64,000 nt of DNA from Trichoplax adhaerens. Its lineage: Eukaryota > Animalia > Placozoa. The translations under genes and the position numbers were made by a program. The notes beneath the pieces are model-generated. The model made no database searches. It worked only from the letters and a program-made list of their open reading frames with translations, and was not told the DNA's origin. The stretch lies in the NCBI RefSeq assembly GCF_000150275.1, contig NW_002060943.1, positions 5,848,008 to 5,912,007 on the forward strand, written 5' to 3'. This document shows positions 36,501 through 50,548 of this stretch, piece after piece (positions within the stretch are counted from its first letter, which is position 1; the number at the start of each line of letters is the position of its first letter).

Positions 36501-39500
36501 TTAACGTAGTTGAATTCCACGCCGAGCAAACACTGCGTCGTTTCTCTTTTTCGATCTGTCTTTCAAAGCATTATTTCGTCTCTGCTCCCTGATATGAAAA
36601 TATCAATTCTTTAGTAAAAGTTATATGATAGAGAATGCTTATTCACGAATAACGAAGAGTTTGTTTTTTATTTCAGTACAGTAAAATACGGCTAATCATT
36701 AATGTTGCACTGATATAACTGATTTCAATGTAACAGTGTAGGCGCAACCCCATAGGACGATTTTATTGCTTTTAATGCGAACCTGGTTGGAACTTTGACT
36801 TTCTTGACGTCAATCTCGTGTGAGACTGTATTATCTTGCGGATGATTTTGAATGGATCTTATTCTTTCTGTCAGATCATAACATAAAGTATTTACTAATC
36901 ATATGTATCTCAAAAAAAATTGAGGCTTAATAATTTCAGGAATCAAAGACAATAACCCTTGAATAAATCGTCTAACCTCTAGCTAATTTCTTTGCTGACG
37001 TTGCACCAATCGATTTCCTTCTGCATAAATCATAATTTTTCCTTCTCTGAAAAGCGCTATCTTCAAACTGTACTCGTTGTAACGGTGCTACACGAATAAA
37101 TATGGCCACATTACATATAATACAAATACTTGCACAATCTGACTGCAGCGCCAAATTAAATTAAATCGATACTGCAATATGCATTACTTTGAGCTTGATT
37201 TATTGATGCATTCTTCATACGCTTATTTGGCGTTTTAAAACTCATAGGGGCTAAATTTAAAACATAGATTGGAAATAAAAATTAATACTCCATTATATTG
37301 TTATCAAAATAATTATTTGAATACGAAATATCAACTAGTGACCTTAGATTTTTGCTTACTTTTTGGTTGTTTTGATGATACCACTGTACTGCGAATCTTT
37401 TTATTTGGTGTCTTAGCGTGTCGACGTGATGGTGTCCGATTATTGAATTCAGTCTTTGTTGTATCGTTTAATGAAAAGTTGAAATGTACTGGAATCTTTT
37501 TTAAGTTAATAATGATGATAGGTTTAATATGTTATACACATAGCAAACTGACTTAAGGCAACTTCGTATACAAAATATAATTATATCACATACTTGGCTT
37601 GAAAAGCTAACAGTAGGCTCTTTCACAATTTTCCTCTTTTCAACACTATTTTGCTATCAAAATGGAATACATAAATATCGATTATGTGTCATAAAATACA
37701 ATCAAACGACAGAATCGACTAATCTTGCATGAATTAAGAGACAGATTAGAGTTAAATTTTTGATTCTCATTACCAGTTTTTGCGTTAAATACTGCCGCCT
37801 TTTATTTTTCTTGTCTAGATAAGTATCTAGTGATTCGCCGAATCTGATATTATAAATAGTGATAATATTATGCACTGATGTTGTCAAATGTACTTCAAAA
37901 ATTCATCTACTTCATTGGCCAATAAAATTTCTACCTGAAAGGATACTGTCAATAATAACGTACTGTACGAGTAATATGATTTTATCTGTATGTCTTACAA
38001 TCTAATTTCTCCCTTGGTGAATACAGTCCATTTACATCATTGTGTTAAAAAGGACAGAAAATTATAGAGTAACAAATAGAGAATCCTTAATACGTACTTG
38101 CTGAAGTTTTGAGCGTGCAATTTTTTGAAATCAGGGAGTTTGGTGGCTTTTCTTGCTTTAAATTATAGAAAATCCATCACTTAGCAAGAAAAATCAACAC
38201 ATTTGTGAGCACAACATAAGTACCTGGTTTTTTGGAGGACGAAACTGAGTCGGCTTTTTTTAATGCACTTTTCTTAGCTATGTTACTGGTTTTAGTTGGT
38301 CCATTGCTCTTTTGAGCTCTTTTTCTAGTCTTAGGTGGATCTGAAACTTGAGAAGGCGGCTTTTCTTTTACCTTGGTTGGCTTTTGTATGCACGGGCTAT
38401 TAGATGTATCAGTCTCAGATCCCAGAGCCTTACGAGCTAGAATGTATTTTGTGAACACGAAGTAACTTAAGCTAATCCGTTCATAATATAATTAATAAGA
38501 GAGTGTAATTATTCTAGCATCTCATATTTTTAAGGTCCAGTAAACTAACATTATGCTGCAGTAATATATAACTAAGAAAAAGTGCTAAATGAAATATTTT
38601 TATCAGTTACAATTCACTATTTACCAGCCACTCTTTCACCTAGCTCCATCATCAGATCAGCCTGAACTTTGCCAACAGATAAGTTATCATTCACAACTTT
38701 TACCTAAATAGCATTTTTTAATGGTTTTATTTTGATGCAAAGTAATTGCTAATAATGGCATGAATAAGTACAATATTTATGCAACATATGAGTGCAAATA
38801 GGATAGCGCATTATATAGTTTACAAGACGAAGGGTAAAAGCAGCCAAATTTATTTATGATGTTAATTACCTGAAGTTCTACAGGGTCTTGATTCTCTTTA
38901 GAACTGATAGGATTAACATCCTTATCGTAAGTCTGACGACGTACAGTAGTCGAATCGCAGATACTTTCTGGTTCAATCTTGCCATTCTGAAATATTTGTA
39001 ACAAAATTGCTTAAAATTAGGCGATTGCTATTCTGTGTCTAACGGGATGATAAATTAATTAGTTTATCCGCCTAAGATATCACCACACTAGATTTTGTGT
39101 CTGTGATATTATGTGTAACGTGAATCGTTATCGCATAGTATATCAAATAGTAGGTTCGGCGGCGAGAGGGCTGAGACTGATTGCAAACTAGATTCTACTT
39201 TGATTTTATTATATTATTATTTTTAAATTTTAAATCAAACAAACATTTTACTGATACTTACAAATACTTCAAATCTCTCCTGTACGTTTTCAACAACTAA
39301 ATTATATTGCGTACTTCGAGAATAGAAGGAATGTTCACGGTAGAGAATTCCGTCATAAGAAAAAAATTAATAAGTACCTTAATGGTGTGGAATACCAATA
39401 CAACACACATACTGTATGTAACATATAAATAGACAGAAAAATGTATGGTGTAAAGTAACAGCTGCAGTTGAGCTGCTACTTGCATCCTATGCTGCATGCA

Positions 39501-41425
39501 TACCTATAGTACCTAATATCAAGACAGCACAGTATATTGTCGAAACGCGGATATCTATGAAATCAATTCTTTAAGTTGAGCGTTGACTTACCAGGTATTA
39601 CCAGAAACTTTAGGTTTGAGCAATATTCTCTTAAGGGCAGCTATCAATTCGATGTTCTTAATGCAAAATACACAGTGATAATATGGCGTAATTAGAATGT
39701 ATGTGTTATGGGTGTATTACAATTATGTTCAACAATGATTTTTGGTTTTATTTTCACTGCAATAATCTATTTTAGCGAGTTACTATTAACAAGTTAGCCT
39801 ATTGATACAAATTATAAATGTTAAGTGCTATGTCTGCTAAATGATTATAATTAAAGCAGATTTCTATATTTTCACTGTTATACGTAATCCACGCCATCAG
39901 AAAGCTAGGAATAAAATGTTTTAAAGTAAAAGAATAAGCTACAGTATAATAGATGAGAATCGTTAGCTACAGATAATGTTACTAAGGCACTTATCAAATC
40001 ATGCTAATTGTATATATATAATTAGCCTTGATTCACCAAGTTAAGTGTGAAGGCTAGATGATTTGAATGAATTCTGCTATATGATCAACAATGTACGTAT
40101 ACCGTATATGTAAGTGCTGCTGCTATATAGATTTTGTAAAATAAGTGTTCTTTAAATTGAACGAAACATAATTATGATATAAGTAATAAACTATTGAGTC
40201 TACGTTCGTATCATGATCAAATTATAGCACTACTGTACGTTTGAAGATAATAATAAATACGCGTATAATTAGTGACGGTAGAGATACCTTTCAATAATCT
40301 AAAAGTACTTTCTTAATTTACTTGGTATATAAATTCGTAAGCGAACCGTGACAACTATTAATATTACATTTTGGCGTAAATGTGTATGTATACGTATATA
40401 TACAGCATATACTGCATGTTTATAAGTATGGAATACAGTTAACGGTAATGAAGTAATAATATATAGCCGACGTTAAATTGGAATATGCAGTAAAATATTG
40501 TAAGAATACTGCCTGTACTGTGGTTTCACATAAAATGTACAATGATGCTTTAAGCAGAAATGAGATGCAATTTTGTATGAACAACGGATAGAAATTATCA
40601 TAGGATAGTGAATAGGAAATTGTATAGTAGAATAAAAATAAAAATAAATAAGTTATGTTATCTACTGTGTTTCGAAACAAAAACCAATTAGACTAAGATT
40701 GATTATTCTAAAATGTAGATGCTTTTACACGCGTCTTTTCAATGGCATTAGTAATACAGAAATGTATACAGTCTTGCATTATCATGATGAACGTAGAAAC
40801 TTTAGAATTAGACATTAGTATAAATGTCAGGTGCTCCATGTACATAAAATTTGGATATTACGATATTTTTTGCATCTTGCGACGGTATAGAATGTAGTCA
40901 GGTCAATCATTAATTATAATTTGAAGTATACTTATTCGTTGCAATCGAACAATCCTGTCTCCAAATTTTTTTGCAGAAGTGACTGTAGTAGTTGGTCCAC
41001 TATGATACTATTGATTATACAAACTAATGATCTACATACAGTATATATGTACTCTTTAATCCATCAATACCAGTATAATATGCCTGAAAATATAAAATTT
41101 TAAATTCTCTGCTTTTGGAGTTTGCCATTTATGATCAGACTGTTCGATTTTCATGACATCTTTTGCTTACACCTCCACGCGATTGCATGCTCAATACGTG
41201 CAGTACAGTTTATCTAGCAACTATTCATTTCAGTAATATAAAATCCTAGCTCTCTACTCGACAACAGAAGTTATACATTATTAGCCAAATAGCTTATGGT
41301 CATTTCATTATGCCTTCTATTTCCATTACCTTTCCAGCTGCTTTAATTCCATGTTTTTTGCAAAGCTTTTGCAACTGCGGTCGTTTCAAAGCTTTCAGTT
41401 CGTCTAATGACTCAAAATTGGACAT
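36501..41425 (-). CDS. NUSAP1: Nucleolar and spindle-associated protein 1, spliced
   Basis: N-terminal SAP-like MSNFESLDELKALKRPQLQKLCKKHGIKAAGK / NIELIAALK; conserved PDFKKLHAQNFSK-FGESLDTYLDKK; C-terminal EQRRNNALKDRSKKRNDAVFARRGIQLR-stop, resembling the human ...EEQRKK...GMRRGL tail. Confidence 0.88.
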
Positions 41426-42087
41426 TTTGATTCCTGAACTTCAAGAATGCTGAAATTTACAGCTTGCACACAGAAGACGTATGTTTACAATGTTGAATTT
41501 AATCAAGTCTGAGCTGACTATATCAATTATAGTTATTCCTACTGCAAATTCTTCCAATATAGTATGCGAATGTTTATAACGATCAAGTCAGCTAGAAATT
41601 TGAATTGAATGACCGTTACCGAGTTCCAGTCCAGTACAGTGTACAGTACAGTGTACAGTACAGTGTACAGTAAGATTTCCGGTTCTAACAGGGATTACAC
41701 TACTATCCTGTACAGTGTACAGTGTACACTGTACAGTACACAAAAATGAAAATCGTTTTTAGCAAACGAGCAACTATTACTTGAATGCTAAAGCCAAAAC
41801 CAGCACTGGAAATTCGATATCACAATTAAAATGATCAAGATGAAAACGACAAAATTTCTAATCCTTCCGATCTTAAGAACGCGACAGAACACTTACAGTA
41901 CTCTAGTAGAGTAATAAACAGTATTTTTATTTTTTTAAATTGAATTCCTTTGTTTTCATTGGTCGTCCACGTTGACGTCAATGATGGGATGATCTCATCC
42001 TATACGCATGCGTATACGCAAACCTCCTGCAAGCACCTCAATCCGTTTTGATTGTGACGGTGAAGATAGAGGTGAACCGCATCCAAG
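41426..42087. promoter_or_regulatory. Bidirectional promoter region NUSAP1 / TMEM87
   Basis: 662 bp separate the divergent ATGs. Motifs seen: (TACAGTGTACAG)x3 at ~41635-41670, 20-bp palindrome 41716-41735, TTTGAA (CHR-like) 41599, TTCCGG (ETS-like) 41677, ATTGG 41958, TGACGTCA (CRE) 41973, NRF1-like palindrome TATACGCATGCGTATA 42001-42016, and AAGATGGC (YY1-like) over the TMEM87 ATG. Confidence 0.72.
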
Positions 42088-45000
42088 ATGGCTTACATAT
42101 GGCGCAGCTTAAGCATGGTGAAATGGATGATTTTAGCATCGTTTTTAATACCTTGTCTAGCTTTACCAGAACGAGGAATCTTTAATTTAAAGATTAATCA
42201 GGTTGTATCTTAATGAAACTATGAGTAGAATTCATGATAACGATAGAGTAGAGCTTTTATTTGACGTCTTTAATCTTACTGATGGCTAGCTGACTGAATC
42301 ATAAGCATCAGCATTACATAGGATAACGGACTACGCAAAGGGGCTTCGATCAAGCATATAGACTACAGTATAGTTTCAGTTCTATTGTTTGGGGCTTGTC
42401 ATAATAAATGGCCATCATCGCTTAGCCAAACAATATTTACGCCGCCATTCTACTTCACTACGACTTTTCCACTTGAACTAATTAATGATGACCTATTCTA
42501 GATTAAATTGCTATCACTATTGTAGGACAAATTAGACTCCAAAAACTATTAACTAAGCCAATGATTTTTATTAATATCACTAAAACTGTCTCATTTATAT
42601 AGAATTATTGCTGCACTTGCTCGCTCTCCTTTCTACAACCTAGTCAAGAATCTTCGTTCGACATTTGTACAGTAGTTAACTTGCGTCATAGTAAGAATGG
42701 ACTTGGATAACAACTGTAAAAATAGAATAGAGAGAGAATGACCACAGGAATAATTCTATGTTGTAGCCTTGAATATATATTCAGGATGAATTAGTGCGTG
42801 TCATCATGTTCTACCCGCTTCAAATACTGTAGAATGGGATATGTCCATTTTGAACTACTTTCGCTATACCTATATTAGTCGAAATTTTTTTAGGCTAAAT
42901 TTTCTCCGAGGATACTGTAACATGTAATAATAATAATAATAACCACATTTTGACATCTCAGACATGGCAATAGAGCTATCTCTATCATTGCCATGTTAAT
43001 GATGTAATAATAAATTACGAGTACTGGCTCGCTCGATACGTTTGACGCGAATTCACTACTTTTCAATCGTCAATCAAGGAATAGACTCATGTAGATTGAC
43101 ATCAAGGTGGATAATCTAAGGGAATATGCGTAATTATCCACTAATCCTGGTTAATTGCATTGTTTTCAATTCTAGGCTAAGAATATCCTCATCCAGCAGA
43201 AATCGTTATATGCCAATGCTTCCATTAGTATTCATAGTAAGTTACCTAAAAATGTGCTATGTAGTTTTTCCTCAATATTATCAATTATTTTGATCCTAAT
43301 TAATATTGTATTAATTATATCAAAATTGGATATTAAGATATTTCCTATAATATAGAACTTGATGACGTTTATTATTCTATTCTATAACTTTCCATTTTAA
43401 ACTGGTCGAAATTTTAACCTGTAATAGTACTTGTGACAAAATCGTCTATAATTATAATCATAATTTTTACACACATACTGCAATATTCGTATGGATAAGA
43501 TATTAATATTGATAGATGGATAAATATAAGATATCTTCTTCAGTTATGACTTTATACCGTCTCCCCAATGAAGGTCAATTCTGTCAAGTAGTTTTCTATC
43601 TCAAAGTAAATGGCATGACGATAATATAATATTGAAAGAGAAAAAGAGAAGATTTACAACGAGTGTATCAAATTCTTTGCCTTTGTAATGTTATAATTGT
43701 TAAACATACTATCACGACTTACTTGAAAGCCCTACAAAAGATTTTATCTTGCTAAAAGTAGAGCATGAAAGCTACCTATCTCCTGATAGGAAATTTGAAA
43801 TAGATTAATATAATAATGTATTGAAAAAGAAATGAAAAAGTATTAAAAACTAAAAACTACTATACCATACGAGACTTATTCTTTAACTTCGTCTACATTA
43901 TAAAAGTATGTACACGATATAGTCGATCTCTTAATAGAAAGATATCAATACAACATAGTATTGAAAGGAAAGAGAAAATTTCAAACTTCTATTATCGTAT
44001 ATTGTACACCATTCTTCCTTTCCACGTTAAATGCTTGTCACGTTTATACCTTATTCCAATTACGATATGTACATTATACTGTCAATATAATATTATAATA
44101 CCTTAACTTGAAGAAAGAAGAAAGATATATTCATCTTCTTTAACTTTGTGATACCATAAAGTGTAAATACAGCATTATCGTCACACTTTAAACTCTTGGA
44201 TTGATTTTACCCGTTTTAAATTTATTTTCACCACTTCTCACTTTTAAAATCTACATCTTAGTATAGTGGCGTCTGAATAAAATAAGAAATAGAAACATAC
44301 AGATTGCCTATGTCGTATCCTGAAACTTTGTAACATTGTTGCAACCGTAATATACAGTGGTATTACTTCTAACTAATAATCTTTATCTGATTTGACTCCA
44401 TTAACTCTGGGTACGAATACTCAATACACCATCATCTTACGCAGTAATAGTATCATATTGACCCTAATTGATTCAAAAATAGAATAAAGTACAAAATCGA
44501 ACTGGATAACATTAATAAGCACTTTTACTTTCGTCATTGCTATGTTATTGTTAATATTAAATTAATTTAAGATGATGAATGCTGGTAATCAGAAACGGCA
44601 ATATCTATCTTTATAGTCACTGATTGCAAATCGACACCTTCAGAAGCAAAACTCCGGTTTTCATGGTCTTTACTAGAACGTTCATGTCTCAATGATATGC
44701 AAGGAGTACAATCGGTAAATCATTAAATCATACTAGCATACAACTGCAGTTATATTGTCTACTTTATGTCTGCATTCAAAGAAAATGGTGTGATCCTTTT
44801 ATCTTTATTTTACCTAGCTGAGAAGTCGATATTTTCACTCTAATCAGACTTATGTTGTACATTTTTGTGAAAGTTTAAAATTGTTGATCGCTACTAATGC
44901 TTACTTTAAAATACGTAACTTCTTTGCAAAGCTTATTACTTCATATATATAGTTTTAGGAAATTATATGTTACCGTTACAAATATTAATATTCTCTGCCT

Positions 45001-48000
45001 ATCAAGTACGCTGTAACTATTAGCAAATCTAATTTGATTTTACGTCTGATAAGAAATATTAACTGAGCATATGAATGTATTTTACCGATAATGTGTTACC
45101 CTAAGAGATTAGATTATAGCGTAAAAAACGATTTTCTGTATTAGACCATTACTTATTATGATGCAGTAATATATATGATCAATTAAGTGTTTGAGCTCAA
45201 ATTTGTAAAATAAAGTGAAAGCAATATCAACCGTTAAAGCAATTATCATGGCCATGCAGTGTAAACGCCAGTGAAAGTTACTTTCAGTTCAATGTTAAAC
45301 ATTTATAGCGTATCTGATATTGAATAGAATTTAGAATGCCCCCGCACTTGGATACTGCAATTACGCTAGCATTAAATTCTATAGGGATATCTACTTATGG
45401 TATTATTTCGCGTAAAATATTTCCATGTATTTTTTGTAACTAAAATAGTAAATTTATTATTACGCGTATATCTATAAAACAAGTACTTAACTTGCGATTA
45501 AATGTGTTGTAATAGTGCTGTATTTGAGTCTAATATACCGAGAACTATATTATTATAGAGCCCAATCATGACAGTATCCATATTTATTTTGTTGTAGTAA
45601 TTCTATACTTTTTATTTAACATATAATTATAATAACTTGTGCATTAATTAGGATGATATCTTTCATTTAGAGAAATAAAAATTTTACCCGTTGCATACAC
45701 TAAATTGTTTTTATCGGTATAATTCTAAATAAATCTTTATTTCTCTACAGCAAATGGATGTTAAGCGATTAATGGGAAATGTACCTTTGAATCCAAGAAT
45801 CCATGCCTCTGAAGTACACAAGTGTAAAGATGATATCTCACTAACCGTACGTAGCTTTCTTTGTAATTATTTGTAATATGGTTTGTCTTAATTTTAGAGT
45901 ATTAATTTTAAAATCAATTACTTTTGTAGAACCATGCACTCAGCAAAGCGCCTACAGTAAGTTAATCTATTCAGTGCTGATAGGACCATTGTAATACCTC
46001 AATGATAACTCTTGAACACGTTTAGTACTTTTTCGTTTATGAGCTACACAATTTGACTAACTCGTTATTTTATCTATTCATATTTAATATCATGATAGAT
46101 TGCTCCGCCCGCAACGCATGCTACAGTGGATGGTAAAAATGACAGTACAACGCCGACAACTAATAACGGAAGTAGATCTGCTCGAGCTGTTAATAACGAA
46201 CGTACGAATACCAATGATAGCAATCCAGCTGAACCAACTAAGGTAACATCTACTGATGACAATAAATCGGTAATAATTAACTCTACTATGTTTTGACTCA
46301 GTTCCTTAATAGGATTTATACTATAAAGTTAGTTTCTTTTCATTAAACTATTTCGTTTTATCTCTAAATTATACGTTTACGAGTACTTAGTTACTGTGAG
46401 AAGTTAAAAATATACTTTTTTATACTTTGAAAAGGCAAGTTTCCAAGTAGCGAAAACAATCAACGAAAGCGTTTATATAGTGGTAATTGAAATTACGCCA
46501 TTTGTAAGCGCAATATCCAAGCCTGTCCCTAATTCGAATGTTACTTTTAATGTAGGAGGTAATGTATATTCACGAGAAGCAAATTTTTAATTTTATTAAA
46601 ATACCATAATACAATATCTAAATCAAGACCGAGATACTGTAATTATGTTATGACGTCACTCTTTACACAGTTACTGAATCTTTCGTCGAATTATTATACG
46701 AACTGTAGCTATATAGGAAAATTGTACTTGTATGCACGTACTTTTAGCTATAGTTAGCTAATTCATTAAGACATAATTTATTAAAAATTGAGCCATTCTT
46801 CTTATGTACGTTACAGTGAAACTATCTACCAAAAATCCTACTGGATATCTAAGTTCGGCTGAATACCCATTACTGCCGGTAGCTGTTCAAATTAATTTGT
46901 TCTCAATGCTTAGTTTTGGTTCTTAATTGTTTCATAGTCGTATAATTATTTACGTTTCATTTTTACTGGCACAGTTCTACGCGGTTATGTGTAGTATATA
47001 TAGTATTTATTGCTTCGTCTGGTTGATTCTGTGCGCGTGTCAGTGGAGAGATCTACTAAGAATACAAGTATGGTTGCGTCATATAATTTTACAATTTTGC
47101 AACTACATATTTATTTAATCAATACTAATATTTAATGGTACGACATTTTTTCTTGTATTACGCTATTAGTTCTGGATTGGTGGAGTCATTGCTTTCGGTA
47201 TTAAAAATAGATTACCTTTTCTAATGTACTATTACACTTAAGGTATACATTCAAATTCATGTAATCTTTAATGTGTGATGTGATTCTTAATGTAGGTATG
47301 GTTGAAAAAGCCGTTTTCTACTCTGTTTACAATTTTACTAATGGATCTGGTCAAGCAAGTTAGTATGATTAACTTACGTGTATTTTCTTGCTGTTTTCGG
47401 CAGATGTTTACAGCTACTAGCTAAAAATGAGTAACCGTTTACTACACATATGCTTTTCGCATTGGTAGATCAATCTCTATTGGTTTTTGCTGAACTTATC
47501 TCATGCATGAAGCGAACAATAGCCAGAATGTTGGTTATCATCGTCAGTCTTGGTTATGGAATCGTAAAGTTGGTTTCAATTTGCTGCTGATATATTTCAA
47601 TACTTTCAAATCACTTTTATCTAAATATTTCGTATTTATTAGACCACGCTTAGGACCAATGTTGAATCGGGTGTTGGGTGTTGGCGGTCTTTACTTTGTT
47701 CTAAGCATGATAGAAAGCATGATGCGTGTAGTACAAGTTTGTATTCTTGTCTATACAGTACAAAATCTCCGTGTTGCTTGAATAGCGTTCAATGAAGATT
47801 ACCTATGTATGTGACTCCTATTATCGATCTTATAATACAGACTAAAGGTGAAGCAACCCAAAAGATATTGTTTGCAAGCCTCCCCTTAGCTCTAGTTGAT
47901 GCTGGCATATGCTGGTGGATATCCTTTTTATTCTGTTGTTAGCGTGATGTACTATAAAATGTATCTACTAAACCAGTATTTTGTCATAATTTGTTAATGC

Positions 48001-49264
48001 CTTAATATTCTGTAAGTATTTATGTCCTTAGTGAAGACAACAAGAACTCTACGGTTGCGAAGAAATCAAATAAAGCTGACCCTCTACAGACACTTTACTA
48101 ATACCTTGATATTTTCTGTACTAGGTATCGATATTTACGAAATTAATGTTTTCTCAATATTAAACTGCTAATATGAATATCTGTATACAATATAATACGT
48201 TAATGCAACAAACATTAATCTTACCACCCTGCAGTATCGGTTATTTTCATGGTGTGGTCGATAAAAACCCATCAAGTTGGTAACTGTATTAAGGTAATTT
48301 GTGTAGTCAGAACAACTACAGCTAAACAATAGACTGCATCAACTTGATGTAGTATATTATCTCTTCACTATTTTACTAATACTAAGGATTTCTGCAGGAT
48401 TGGAGAGATTTATGGTTAGATGAAGCTTTCTGGCATGTTCTGTTTTCTTGTATCTTATTAGTGATTATGGTCTTATGGCGACCAACGCAAAATAATTCGA
48501 GGTAATTGTTAGAAATTGTTAAACCGTTACTCTTTTTTGTGTAAGATATAGAATTAAATGAATATTATTAACACATAAAAGTCATCTATAGACTTGAATG
48601 CTACATCAAATTTCTGAGGTATTAACTGACTAGTATCCATGTGAATGAACTCTTTTAGATATGCATTTTCTCCTCTGACCGATCTCGACGAAGATGATGA
48701 GGCCGGAACTGCTTTATCAGAAGCTTTCGGTTTGTATTGCTCTTTTTCATTAATTACTGTGTATATGTATATATACTCTAGTAATAGAATAAAACCTTAC
48801 GTAACTTTTTCTATTTAATTTAAATAGATGGAATGAAAATGCGATCAGTGAATAATTCGTCCACGTCGCGTACTGTTTCTAGAGCTGTATGCCTAAATCG
48901 ATACGCGCAATTGCATGATATGTTCGAATATGTACTGAAATTTAAATACTATTTTCATAGGAGGACGATTTGAAGTGGGTCGAGCAAAATATACCAACTT
49001 CCGTTGGAGATGCGTAAGTTTAAAATTTCATTTCGTTGTACGTGATTGACTTTTGTTACTATTATTTTAATATCGACAAAATTTTATTAATTAATTTTAT
49101 AGTGGGCTGCCAAGTTTACTAGACTCGGATGAGGTTACTGAATGCATTAAAATCGCCTTAGTCTTATTTATGTTTAATTGCTACGATATGGCCAATAACT
49201 TTTTAATTTATTCTTCGCTTAGGAAATCATGACGACAAAATTTGAAATGTCAAAAATGGAATAA
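42088..49264 (+). CDS. TMEM87: Transmembrane protein 87 (GOST / lung 7-TM family), spliced
   Basis: Signal peptide [28 protein letters not shown]; [14 protein letters not shown]; [13 protein letters not shown]; [12 protein letters not shown]; [18 protein letters not shown]; [15 protein letters not shown]; [12 protein letters not shown]; C-terminal [14 protein letters not shown]-stop. Confidence 0.95.
47919..48015 (+). other. U12-type (minor spliceosome) intron with AT-AA termini in TMEM87
   Basis: 5' site ATATCCTTTT follows ...TGC TGG TGG. A branch-site-like TGCCTTAAT lies at 47998-48006. Only a 3' end at ...TGTAA|GTA TTT ATG restores the frame (CWW-VFMSL); the adjacent AG leads to a stop. 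Confidence 0.85.
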
Positions 49265-50548
49265 GCCGAGAATTTAGTGCATCGTTTTATCATCACAGTG
49301 TTGCATAGAATCAAATCTAAACTAAAATTGTGTAAAGATCTTTAGCTCTCGATTGCTTCTTGGAAATAGCTCGCCTTAAAATTTTATATGATCAATCCTA
49401 GTCTTTAATAATTGTAATTTAAATAATGAGACGCACTACGTACATTCCCTTCTGATCAATTTATTAAATTTACTATACTTTGGCGCTGTAGTTAGATATA
49501 TAAACGTTCAGTTGACCTAGGCCTACTTAATAGTACATGAAGTAACGATTCATTTATTGGCTGTAGCTTAGTGCTAGTTTAACCTGGCAGAAAATTTATT
49601 TAAATGTATTGACTTGACTCAATTACCGTATCTTAGTCCTCTATCATAATGATTGAACAGTAAAGCCTAACGTGTAAAAAAAGTTACATATTACAACTAT
49701 GCGTTTATCTCGTATTTCAGAGTACTACTGTTTAATACTGCCATTAATGCGCTTATCGTCATTTCATCATAGCTATAAAACGCAAAATGGCTTAAGTTTG
49801 CTGGTAATAATTGTATACGGTGATCTAAAATGTCTAGCAAGATAGCTTGATTATATCCGATTCTTAACCCTGACAGACAAAATCATTTTCCAATGACAAC
49901 GATTAATTATTATGGCAATGAAACCTGAATGCTATAAGTCCTCAATTGCTTTAAGATTTACGTATTCTTTTCTGTATTTTGAATAACATATAGAATACAA
50001 AATAGCTTTTATTTCGCTTTAAAATTCTCACGTAAATGTTGTTATGGAACGTTAAAATATCTTACAATGGATTGCTGAATGAGCAAAGCAAATATCAATC
50101 TTCATACAGTAGATATTAACATCTTGTAAAAATAATCATCTCTATTCTATTTTACGGGGTTATGTGTACAGACTATCGTGTACTGTACTTGGAGATTGAA
50201 ATAGATTTATGGTAATAAATATTTTTTATGCTCATTAGCATAGGATTCGTAATCATAAATGTAGTGGTCTCCAACACTTCAAACTGTTGATCTCACGAAA
50301 GCTTAATTTACGGCGTAAGGTGATGCATTAAAGCGGAGATGAATAAATACACTAATAACACTCATCTACCTAAAACACAGTCGTTTGGATAATTTCTATG
50401 CAATGAAGATCGTGTTTTGAATTTACACTGATTATAATAATAAAAGTCTTCATTTAATATCGAAATTTAAACATTGAAGTATCATTTTACAAGTTTCTCT
50501 TAGCTCTTTAGAAAGAGTAGTAACTTTATTATAACATCATAAGAGGTG

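Noticed and set aside
37939-37946. GTATCCTTT (U12 donor-like) on the NUSAP1 strand
   Set aside because: It falls inside an intron whose GT-AG ends already join the flanking exons in frame.
43620-44170. Faint periodicity (ATTGAAA..GAAA..GA) in TMEM87 intron 2
   Set aside because: Too degenerate to define units by eye; would need a dot-plot.
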